The position numbers and the translations under genes are program-made. From the IMG/VR virus record IMGVR_UViG_3300032315_000486: DNA of 25,663 nucleotides, one strand, 5' to 3'. Within the stretch, counting starts at the first letter, position 1. Every line of letters begins with the position of its first letter. Of this stretch, positions 15,501-23,610 are shown one piece after another. The notes below the pieces were generated by a model, which was given only the letters and a program-made list of their open reading frames with translations, did not search any database and was not told the DNA's origin. Origin of the DNA: a virus. Lineage: Duplodnaviria > Heunggongvirae > Uroviricota > Caudoviricetes.

Positions 15501-17187
15501 AACTAATACTGCAACTGCGGCAAGCGCTATGAGCTTTGCTTTCATAAACGGTACATACGCTTTAAATCTAGTTTCAGGAAATAGCTTTAGAGATTTAAAT
15601 TTTACGGGGTTCACAGGTAGCATAGACTTCTCTACTAATACTCATACTATGTATGGAAATTTAACGCTAGGAAGTGGCATGACTACCAGTGCTACTGCAA
15701 ATACTAACACACTAGCTTGGGTTTCTACTAGCGGCACTCGTACTATTACTTCAAACGGAGTTACTGCAAACTTTGGTATATCTTTAAGTGGCGCGGGCCA
15801 GACTTTACAGTTGGCCGATGCCTTTATTCAAGGCTCAACACAAAGATTTTCCTACACCAATGGAACTTTTGATATGGCGGGATATTCCGCAGCCCTAGGT
15901 GTGTTTACCATTACAACAGGCACTCACGCATTGTTAAACGGTACAGCAACCTGTGCTACTGTAACTCATACTAGCGGCAACCTGGCTGTAGGATCTGGAT
16001 ACCTTCTGGCATGTAGTGGAACTTATACACTAACTAACGGAACTATAACAATCAACGACAACGTAACTTTAACAATGTTTGCATTCTCCAGCAATAACTC
16101 AAATGCAGGCAGATCTATAGCATTTGGAACGTCTGGATTAGTTGAAATAACAGGTAAAAGTACTACTGTTTGGTTGGTAAACCCGGCTGGGTTTACTTAT
16201 ACTGGAACTAGCCTAGTAAGACTTACTGCTACAGGAACTGGAACAACCACTACTATAAATCCTGGGACTGGTAGTGCTACTATTTCTTTTAATTTTGAGG
16301 TTACAGCCGGGTCCTACCCGATTACAACGCCACTAGGCGCTGGATTTAAGTCTTTAAATTTTACAGGCTACTCAGGTGCTTGGACTAATACAACAGGGGC
16401 TAACTTATACGGAGATTTAATAATCAGTAGCGGTATGACCTTTGGTGTTACTTTTGGAACTATCTCATTTAGTTCTGGTACTTACAACGCCGTACTGACT
16501 AGTAACGGAAAAAACTTTCCTAGTTCTGTAACTCTATCAAATACAGGATCTGTTACTCTAACAGATAATTATAGTGGCTCTACCAGTCTTGTTAGAGATA
16601 CTAGTGGGTCTATAGTTGCAAATGCAAATGTTAGCGCTAGTAATATTACTATTAACGGTAATGCAAATCTAGGATCTGGTATATGGAGTGTTGGCGGTTC
16701 GTGGACTACTGGAGCATCAAGCGTTATAACTCCTGGCACGTCTACTATAAGAATGGGTAGCGCATCTACAAAAACATTTGCGGGCGCCGGTAAAACCTAC
16801 TATAATCTAGAGCAGAATGATACGGGTACGCTAATTATAACAGGTTCTAACTCATTCAATGATATCACGGTAACCCCATCATTAGGGGCGTCTACAATTA
16901 CACTTACGTCGGGAACAACTCAAACTGTTACAAACTTTACTCTATCTGGTACTGCCGGTAATCTAGTAACGCTAAATAGCTCTACACCAGGCAGCCCCGC
17001 AACACTGTCAAAAAGTACAGGCACAGTTTCAGTGAGCTATCTTAACATAGTAGATTCTACTGCTACTGGCGGTGCTACTTGGCAAGCATATACCAGTAAT
17101 GGAAACGTAGATGGTGGTGGAAACTCTGGTTGGGACTTTGGAGCCATAATTGCTGCAGCCATTGGCGCTTTTTTTGCTTTCTTTTGA
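12586..17187 (+). CDS. 1533-aa Thr/Gly/Asn/Ser-rich repetitive adhesin-like virion protein
   Basis: About 250-aa internal repeats (GTGTVW..T..FSYTGT, LDFTGF.G, YGNL); predicted beta-solenoid. Confidence 0.7.
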   Translation: MADRYWVGGTGTWNAVSTTNWSTSSGGSSGASVPTAADNVIFDSGSNVGTGAFTVTTGVSTRPCLNLTISGLDGAMTLAGSTGITVSASMSLPAANLSWTNTGTLTFAATTSQTITSNAVTIASPITFSGTGGTWALQDALTSTGSAVTLSAGTLNLNGYTLTCPTFVSNVSVARTIAYGSTGIINITGTGTVWNTSTLTNFSYTGTSNVRLTNAGSTAITITPGSATAAQAQNFAITAGTYALTISAGSNINNLDFTGFSGSFTLGGTVTLYGNLTLSSTTTSTLVANSLTFGGTSVTQTLTTADKNIGCSVNINGSANTVRLVGTLTQTSTRAFTLTSGTLDINSQTTSVGILTIVTGTKAITNGTINAVSVTHTSGAIAVTSTATIVTTGTYTFTAGSIDIGNSAVLSVGAFSSANTGTRSISYNTSGELRLTGTGTVWDTGTVTNFSYTGTSNIRLTNSGSTAITITAGSMSAAQAQNFAITAGTYTLTTTTSGAMNNLDFTGFSGTYAQAATSISVFGNLVYSATMTTSTTAGSGFIIMAATSGTDTITTNGITVNNNIRFNGVGGTFQLADNFTQGTTSYFNIQNGTVDFNNVIYSIGVLEFTSGTNSYINYGGTLNPASVIHTSGTVNTGTGALIVTTGSYTFTAGTLNINNGVTLSVRSFSSVNTNTRVIAFGTGNITTTGSGTMWNVTAATGFSYTGTPTVRINNNTATSGSINNTATAASAVNFNIVSGTYTLTISTAGSFNDIDFTGFAGTMSFGSTNITMYGNLTLATGMTTTGTASQTHITWAHTTGTEIITSNGITSNFGIRVNGTGGTLRFADTFNQGSTQVFILTAGTFDLNSQSVTAGIFNINTGTHAITNGTLNCASATHSSGDLSIGTGYNVICSGAYTFVLGSITINNDVNLSVGSFSSANTNTRSIAFGAAGTITTTGTINVWNVTGVSGFSFTGTSKIIVNNNTSTAVNVTNTATAASAMSFAFINGTYALNLVSGNSFRDLNFTGFTGSIDFSTNTHTMYGNLTLGSGMTTSATANTNTLAWVSTSGTRTITSNGVTANFGISLSGAGQTLQLADAFIQGSTQRFSYTNGTFDMAGYSAALGVFTITTGTHALLNGTATCATVTHTSGNLAVGSGYLLACSGTYTLTNGTITINDNVTLTMFAFSSNNSNAGRSIAFGTSGLVEITGKSTTVWLVNPAGFTYTGTSLVRLTATGTGTTTTINPGTGSATISFNFEVTAGSYPITTPLGAGFKSLNFTGYSGAWTNTTGANLYGDLIISSGMTFGVTFGTISFSSGTYNAVLTSNGKNFPSSVTLSNTGSVTLTDNYSGSTSLVRDTSGSIVANANVSASNITINGNANLGSGIWSVGGSWTTGASSVITPGTSTIRMGSASTKTFAGAGKTYYNLEQNDTGTLIITGSNSFNDITVTPSLGASTITLTSGTTQTVTNFTLSGTAGNLVTLNSSTPGSPATLSKSTGTVSVSYLNIVDSTATGGATWQAYTSNGNVDGGGNSGWDFGAIIAAAIGAFFAFF

Positions 17188-17223
17188 TAGTAACGAGACA
17201 AGTTAAATACTATAAAATAGTGC

Positions 17224-17252
17224 TGGACATAGTGCTATAAAAATTGTAAATT
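17224..17252 (+). promoter_or_regulatory. Possible late promoter TGGACA-N17-TAAATT
   Basis: In the 100-bp gap before 17288; partial consensus. Confidence 0.4.
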
Positions 17253-17287
17253 ATATATTAGGTTATAACCTTAAATAGGAAGATAAA

Positions 17288-18160
17288 ATGACATCAAACG
17301 TATTTGTAACACCCAGAGCAGTGAGTACTATTAGTAGGGGCAGAGTAAATCACAACTCATCTCTACAAGCACTACTGCAGAATTTTTATAGTACTGCAGC
17401 ACCCGCTTCTGCATCAGTAGATTTAGAAGGAGTACTAGGTCTACAAAATGGAATGCTTTGGAGGCAGGGCGGTACCAGGCCACAAGACGGAAGACTATTT
17501 GTATATGATACTAATAGTCCTAGTCATCCGTTATATTCTGGATATACTCGTGAAGGCATATCTCATATAACGCAGAATAACTTAGCGCAAGCAACTTCGG
17601 CATTGTCTAATAATTACTTTCAGAGTGGTGAAATAGTAAGAATACGTGATGAAGATAAACTTTATCTTGTTAATGAATCTAGAACCTCGTTGATTGCAAT
17701 AGGTTCTGGAACTAGTACAGCAGCTAATATATGGCAAACTGATAATAGCTATGTATATTACACTGGTGCTTTAAATGTGGGTATAGGTACGGCTACCCCC
17801 ACTTACAAGCTTCAAGTTAGTGGTAATACTTACAGTACCGTATACTATGAGACTAGAGGTACGCTATCTGGTACTTCTGTTGCTATAAACGGTCAAACAG
17901 GTACAGTATTTACTCTAACCACTAGTGGAAATACAACATTTACATTTACCAATCCTCCAGCTTCAGGCATTGCTTATGGTTTTACATTACTAGTTACTGC
18001 TGGGGGCAGCCATTCTCTCACTTGGCCTGCTAGCGTAAGATGGAGTAGCGGGTCTCAGCCGATAGCACCTGCTACTGGAGAGACAGACATATATGTATTT
18101 TTCACTTACGACCAGGGTACTAATTGGTTTGGTTTATTAGCTGGGGAGTCTATGGCCTAA
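17288..18160 (+). CDS. 290-aa tail-fibre-like protein
   Basis: NVGIGTATP fibre motif; C-terminal LTWPASVRWSSGSQP...TDIYVFFTYDQGTNWFG domain; AGGA RBS. Confidence 0.6.
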   Translation: MTSNVFVTPRAVSTISRGRVNHNSSLQALLQNFYSTAAPASASVDLEGVLGLQNGMLWRQGGTRPQDGRLFVYDTNSPSHPLYSGYTREGISHITQNNLAQATSALSNNYFQSGEIVRIRDEDKLYLVNESRTSLIAIGSGTSTAANIWQTDNSYVYYTGALNVGIGTATPTYKLQVSGNTYSTVYYETRGTLSGTSVAINGQTGTVFTLTTSGNTTFTFTNPPASGIAYGFTLLVTAGGSHSLTWPASVRWSSGSQPIAPATGETDIYVFFTYDQGTNWFGLLAGESMA

Positions 18161-20598
18161 TGAGTGTATTAAGTAAATACATACAGTCCGCTGCAGGTAT
18201 AGGTCAGAGAAGAACTGCGAATGCTTGGAACTTAAGCACTGCAGTACCAGATTACAATGATGATGTACCATACACTGCGTGTAGTAGTTTTGGTGCCGCT
18301 TCTATACAAATTAGTAGAGACGGCACTAAGCTTTTTATAGTAAACTACTTCTCTGTTGAAGAGTATAGTTTAGGAACTCCTTGGAAGTTGGCTACTAGAA
18401 GTTATACAGCTACTAATATATTCTTGCCTAAGCTTACTGACATATACTCAGGGTCAATAAGTTCTGATGGCTTGACCTTACTACTAATTTTAACAAATAA
18501 AACCTTAGTAACCTATAGGCTAGGTACTGCATGGAACTTGTCTACTGTTCAAGAACCTACTCCTGATGCAAAGTTCGCATCCTTACCAGGAGTACTTAAT
18601 TCTATATCAGACGTAGTAATGAAACCTGATGGCACTATTTTATATGTTTTAGGGTTGGGAAGTAGATACGTTTATCAATATGCTCTTAGTACTCCTTTTG
18701 ATTTATCTACTATTTCTCTCACCTATTCAATAGATATGGCACCATACACCTCTATAACTCCTTTAGAAGGTATGGACTTTAAAACTGATGGGACTGTGCT
18801 GTATATAACTAGTCAGTCTTTTTTGGCAAGATTTCCACTAAGCACTGCATGGAATATAAGCAGCATATCAACAGGCACAACTACTTTTGGTTTCCCGCCA
18901 TCTTATACCACTAAAGGTATCAGGATGTCACCTGAGGGCAATTACTTCTATGCAATAGATGATCTTAATAATAACCTAGATCAGTATACTACAGACACTC
19001 CTTGGGTTTTTTCTTCAGCTAGTAAAACTTCTAATGTCAGTATAGCTGCAACTGCCAGCACTTCTAGAACGTTATCTTTTTCTAGCGACGGTGCTAATAT
19101 ATACGTGAGTAACGGACAAGCTAGCAGTAGCAGTATTGTACAGTACAAATTAACATCTCCATGGAACGTAAACTCTATATCGTCTACTAGCACTTTTAAC
19201 CCTAGAATAGGAATAGGAAATTATATAGGCTACGCAGGCCTAGGAGGTATTTCTTTTAACAATTCTGGAAATACTATGTATGTTGCAAGTGGAGACGAAC
19301 ATTTTATGTTTGCTTACTCGCTATCTGAATCTTGGAATGTTCAATCAGCTACGATCTCTAATACTTCCACTTCTATGCAACATCTATCTCAAATGACTAG
19401 TAATGCTGCTGGACTCGCCATAGCTAATAATGGTTTGAGTGTGTATACCGTATCTTCAGATAACATATACCAATACACAATGGGTTCTTATATGAATACA
19501 GCTTCGCTGGCGTACTCATCCAATGTTTATAATCCTAGAATTGGATTTGGAAGTTTAACTAATTTAGCTATACAAGAAGACGGCGGTGCAATATTCACTA
19601 CTATATTTAACAGTAGAATATTAGTACGACTTCCTATGAGTACCCCATTTTTACTAACTCCTTCTTCTGCTAACACTACTGCAAGCATTACAGGAGTTGA
19701 CAGGGCTGAAGGTATATTTATTAAAGGTGATAATACTCATCTATATGTTAATGATGATGTAAGCACAGTTATATCAGACATAACTTACGATTTTTCTGCC
19801 AATGCCATTAGTTTAAGTATTGCTTCGGCAGGTGCTGGCTACTTGTACTTAAATAGATACTTATCTGACGGAGAGCGCACAGCTGATTATACTGGAATAT
19901 ACTTCAAGCCTGACGGTAAGCAGGCATATTTTATGAATGGCAGTAGATATGTATTTTCGAGCACTTTTAGCAACTCTTGGAATCTAAGTTCTTTATCCGG
20001 AGGAGTAGTAAGTAACACTAGAAGTACCGGTACTACTACCAATGTTGGGTTATTTTTTAGACCCAACGGAGGCACATATTATAATATATCAGTTAGCTCT
20101 CCTTATGAATCTGTAGCTCCTTACAATGTAGCCCCTCCGTGGAGTGTATCATCTACTAGCGCCACAACTAGACAACTAACAGACGATACTAATATGGTAA
20201 AAGTAGTATTCAGTAATGACGGCACCAGAATGTTCTCCTTAGGCAAATCTAACAATAGGATATATGCTTACAACTTATCTACTGCTTGGTCAATATCTAC
20301 TGCAACTCTTAGTACCAGCTATAGTATAGGATCTAATTCTTGGACAGATATGATAATTGCAACTACAGGTAAACATATTTTTGTAAGCACTTCTACCGGT
20401 CAAATATACAGGATTACTTTGGCTACTGCTTGGGACTTAGCTACAGTGTCCAGTATGGCACTCAATTTAACACTGGCTAACACCTATTCGTCGGGTGGAG
20501 ATTTTAACATAGCAGCTATGCATATTACTCCATATGGAGATAGGCTTTTCGTAGCTGGGTCCGATAAAATGCTCGTACAGAGCTACACTATAACTTAA
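18160..20598 (+). CDS. 812-aa multi-blade beta-propeller protein, candidate receptor-binding protein
   Basis: Recurrent Y.L.TAW.(L/I)S(T/S) units; start coupled by TAATG overlap at 18158-18162. Confidence 0.7.
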   Translation: MSVLSKYIQSAAGIGQRRTANAWNLSTAVPDYNDDVPYTACSSFGAASIQISRDGTKLFIVNYFSVEEYSLGTPWKLATRSYTATNIFLPKLTDIYSGSISSDGLTLLLILTNKTLVTYRLGTAWNLSTVQEPTPDAKFASLPGVLNSISDVVMKPDGTILYVLGLGSRYVYQYALSTPFDLSTISLTYSIDMAPYTSITPLEGMDFKTDGTVLYITSQSFLARFPLSTAWNISSISTGTTTFGFPPSYTTKGIRMSPEGNYFYAIDDLNNNLDQYTTDTPWVFSSASKTSNVSIAATASTSRTLSFSSDGANIYVSNGQASSSSIVQYKLTSPWNVNSISSTSTFNPRIGIGNYIGYAGLGGISFNNSGNTMYVASGDEHFMFAYSLSESWNVQSATISNTSTSMQHLSQMTSNAAGLAIANNGLSVYTVSSDNIYQYTMGSYMNTASLAYSSNVYNPRIGFGSLTNLAIQEDGGAIFTTIFNSRILVRLPMSTPFLLTPSSANTTASITGVDRAEGIFIKGDNTHLYVNDDVSTVISDITYDFSANAISLSIASAGAGYLYLNRYLSDGERTADYTGIYFKPDGKQAYFMNGSRYVFSSTFSNSWNLSSLSGGVVSNTRSTGTTTNVGLFFRPNGGTYYNISVSSPYESVAPYNVAPPWSVSSTSATTRQLTDDTNMVKVVFSNDGTRMFSLGKSNNRIYAYNLSTAWSISTATLSTSYSIGSNSWTDMIIATTGKHIFVSTSTGQIYRITLATAWDLATVSSMALNLTLANTYSSGGDFNIAAMHITPYGDRLFVAGSDKMLVQSYTIT

Positions 20599-20606
20599 GG
20601 AATATA

Positions 20607-21890
20607 ATGCAAGACTACTTTAGGATACCAATAAACAAATTAGCCTCTAAGCTGCCAGACAAGTATGGATTTAAAGATTTTAATCCAAGTCAACAAGCTA
20701 TGATTGACGGGCTATCAGAAAAACGATTCTGGGTTCATATCAGTGCTCGCCGTACTGGTAAGTCTAGTGCAGCTGCTGTACTAGCTCTAAGTAAGCTACT
20801 AGAACCTAACCAACAAGTGTTGGTAGTAGCACCCAACTTTAACCTGAGTTCGATTATCTGGGATTATACTGCTCAACTAATTGAAAGTTTCGGTATTGAA
20901 ACAAAAAAGTATAACCAGAAAGACCACGTAGTTCAGTTGATAAATGACAGTACTCTTCGTCTATTGTCTGCAGAAAATCGTAGTTCTCTAGTTGGTCGTG
21001 CTGCTAACTTCCTGATAGTAGACGAAGCCGCACTGATAGCAGATGACGAATACTTTACACGAGACCTCCGACCGGCTCTTTCCACCTTCCCCGATTCTCG
21101 GGCACTATTTATCAGCACTCCTCGCGGCAAGGAAAACTATCTATACGAGTATTATCAACGTGGTCAGAGCAGTGAGTTTGAAGATTGGGGTAGTGGGCTT
21201 TATCCTTGGCACTCAAATCCAAGACTTCAAAAATCTGACATTGAAGAGGCTAAGCGCTCTCTGCCAGAAGCCATATTCAGACAAGAATACTATTGTGAAT
21301 GGGCAAGCTTTGAGGGGCAGATTTATAAGATAGATGATGATAAGCATCTAGTAGACCTAACCAGTGAAGAGGCGCCGTATAAGATCACCCCAGGGGATCA
21401 ACGTTTTACTTTCCTTGCAGGCTTGGACATGGGTTTCCGTGATGATACTGCATTTATAGTTATTGCCACAGATGATATAAATTTTTTCGTTGTAGATGAA
21501 TATATAGCCAGTGAAGCTGCTACCAGTGTACACGCTGAGCGCATACGAGAACTCATTGATCACTGGGGCATTGAGCTGATATACATAGACAGTGCCGCAC
21601 AACAAACAAAAGCAGACCTAGCCTATGAGTACGATATATATTGTGACAATGCTGTAAAAAGCGTTACTGACGGTATAGCACACATACAGAGCCTTGTAAC
21701 TCAAGATAAGATAATATTTGATATGAATAATGCATACCACAGCCATAAAAGTATGACCGCCTATCGCTGGAATTCAAGGACTGAAAAAGTAAAACCTGTG
21801 CACGACTGGTCGAGCCACGCTTGTGATGCTATCAGATATGCAATTTATACTTACACTAAGTCTAGTGCGGTAGATATATATACTGGATAA
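20607..21890 (+). CDS. terL: Terminase large subunit (T5-like)
   Basis: Walker A ARRTGKS, Walker B LIVDEAA, FISTPRG, nuclease motifs GLDMG and HACDAIRY. Confidence 0.95.
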   Translation: MQDYFRIPINKLASKLPDKYGFKDFNPSQQAMIDGLSEKRFWVHISARRTGKSSAAAVLALSKLLEPNQQVLVVAPNFNLSSIIWDYTAQLIESFGIETKKYNQKDHVVQLINDSTLRLLSAENRSSLVGRAANFLIVDEAALIADDEYFTRDLRPALSTFPDSRALFISTPRGKENYLYEYYQRGQSSEFEDWGSGLYPWHSNPRLQKSDIEEAKRSLPEAIFRQEYYCEWASFEGQIYKIDDDKHLVDLTSEEAPYKITPGDQRFTFLAGLDMGFRDDTAFIVIATDDINFFVVDEYIASEAATSVHAERIRELIDHWGIELIYIDSAAQQTKADLAYEYDIYCDNAVKSVTDGIAHIQSLVTQDKIIFDMNNAYHSHKSMTAYRWNSRTEKVKPVHDWSSHACDAIRYAIYTYTKSSAVDIYTG

Positions 21891-21918
21891 ACAACTTATA
21901 TTTTTTACATTTTAATTT

Positions 21919-21947
21919 TTGACTTTGTGAATTTTTAGACTTATAAT
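21919..21947 (+). promoter_or_regulatory. Late promoter TTGACT-N17-TATAAT for HNH-portal-protease/capsid
   Basis: Same hexamers as the 7007-7035 promoter; T-tracts upstream. Confidence 0.8.
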
Positions 21948-21957
21948 AGGATAAGAA

Positions 21958-22368
21958 ATGAAAGAACCCGATAAAAAACTTACTAGACTACCTGTTAAGT
22001 GGGTACGAGACGGAATAAAGAAAAACTACAAGGATAAAGAGCCTTGTTTTATTTGCGGTGCCGAGCAAGATATAGAACTTCATCACATTTATAGCATAAG
22101 TGAGTTATGGAATAATTGGCTGCGTGTTAACAGAGTATTTATTTCGTGCGATGAAGATGTAGTTTTAAACAGAGGCAAGTTTGAACAAGACAATTTAGAT
22201 AAGCTATCTAACGATAATTTATATTCCTTGTGCAAGACACACCATTTAAAGCTACATCAAATATATGGGAAGTCGTACTCAAACTACATGGGTGAACGTG
22301 TAAGAGAGTGGATTTATAAACAACGAGATAAGTACGGAGATGAGCAACAATGGCAAGAGGACCTATAA
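21958..22368 (+). CDS. HNH nicking endonuclease in T5-like position between terL and portal
   Basis: VRDGIK..Y...CFICG...ELHH...LCKTHHLKLH. Confidence 0.8.
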   Translation: MKEPDKKLTRLPVKWVRDGIKKNYKDKEPCFICGAEQDIELHHIYSISELWNNWLRVNRVFISCDEDVVLNRGKFEQDNLDKLSNDNLYSLCKTHHLKLHQIYGKSYSNYMGERVREWIYKQRDKYGDEQQWQEDL

Positions 22369-23600
22369 ATTGGTTAGTAGAGAAGCTTAATCCTGCACAA
22401 CCGCAGATTCACACTCGTCAGCCTTTTGCTAGCCCACAAACTAACGTAGATTACAGAGCTGCATATGATCAAATAGAGGTTATACATCGCGCTGTAGAAA
22501 TGATAGTAAGTGCTTGTGTAGAAGTGCCTTTTGATATTACTAACGGCGGACCGGCTAAAAAACTTAATAAGCTTTTAAATGATAGACCAAACCCATTTGA
22601 AGACAGAATAAAACTATTTAGAAGAGCTTATTTTGATTTAATAATTGACGGAAACGCATTCTTCTATTATGACGGAACTAACTTATATGTACTTCCAGCT
22701 AACGACGTACAGATAATAACAGATCCAAAAACTTTTATTAAAGGTTATCTTTTCTTAGTAACCTCAAACTATTCTAGTTATGCTACCGGCTCTAGAGACA
22801 GTAAGAATCAGAGTTCTATTGAATTTAGCGCGGAAGAAATCATTCACATTAAGATGGATAATGATGAAAGCATATTTAGAGGTAAGAGCCCTATAAAGAG
22901 TTTAGATAACATAATAAATATCTATAACGCACTATTAAAGTTTCAGAAGCAGTTCTTTAAAAACAATGCAGTACCTGGAGTTGTGTTAACCACTGACTCG
23001 GTACTTAATACAAAAGTAAAAGATAGACTTCTACAGTCCTGGCGCTCTAGCTATGCCACTATGTTTGATGGTGCTAGAAGCCCTGCCATATTAGATGGCG
23101 GATTAAAAGTAGATAAGTTTAGCGATGTTAACTTTCAGAGTTTGGACTTTGAAGCAAGTATTGAGCGTTTAGAACAAGATATGGCAAAAGCCCTAGGTGT
23201 TCCATATGTTCTTATGAAAAGCGGAAATAATGCTAACATTGCTGCAAACCAAGTACTGTTTTACGAGCATACCATACTTCCAATAGTTTCTATGTTCGCT
23301 AGTGCATTTACACAATATTTTAACTCTAGCCTTATCAGACCTGACAAAACTGTAATAACTGCATTACAACCAGATCTTAGGACGCAGAGTCAATACTATG
23401 TTAGTTTAGTTAATTCTGGTATAATAACTGCTGATGAAGCAAGAGTAAAGCTTGGGTTTGCTAAAATGGACACTGCCGATACTAACACTATCAGGATGCC
23501 TCAAAACATCACAGGAAGTGCTACTAATCCATCTATTGGAGGCAGGCCTACTAATGAAGCTGTAGACGATATTCCAAACGATGCAGCTAAAGAAACTTAA
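22350..23600 (+). CDS. Portal protein (HK97 family, T5 pb7-like)
   Basis: EKLNPAQ, RPNPF, ILDGGLK, ALGVP, GNNANI, GIITADEAR. Confidence 0.93.
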   Translation: MARGPINWLVEKLNPAQPQIHTRQPFASPQTNVDYRAAYDQIEVIHRAVEMIVSACVEVPFDITNGGPAKKLNKLLNDRPNPFEDRIKLFRRAYFDLIIDGNAFFYYDGTNLYVLPANDVQIITDPKTFIKGYLFLVTSNYSSYATGSRDSKNQSSIEFSAEEIIHIKMDNDESIFRGKSPIKSLDNIINIYNALLKFQKQFFKNNAVPGVVLTTDSVLNTKVKDRLLQSWRSSYATMFDGARSPAILDGGLKVDKFSDVNFQSLDFEASIERLEQDMAKALGVPYVLMKSGNNANIAANQVLFYEHTILPIVSMFASAFTQYFNSSLIRPDKTVITALQPDLRTQSQYYVSLVNSGIITADEARVKLGFAKMDTADTNTIRMPQNITGSATNPSIGGRPTNEAVDDIPNDAAKET

Positions 23601-23610
23601 GGAGCATACA

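Noticed and set aside
8955-20598. Diversity-generating retroelement
   Set aside because: No reverse transcriptase and no template/variable pair with adenine-specific mismatches seen; repeats are ordinary intragenic duplications
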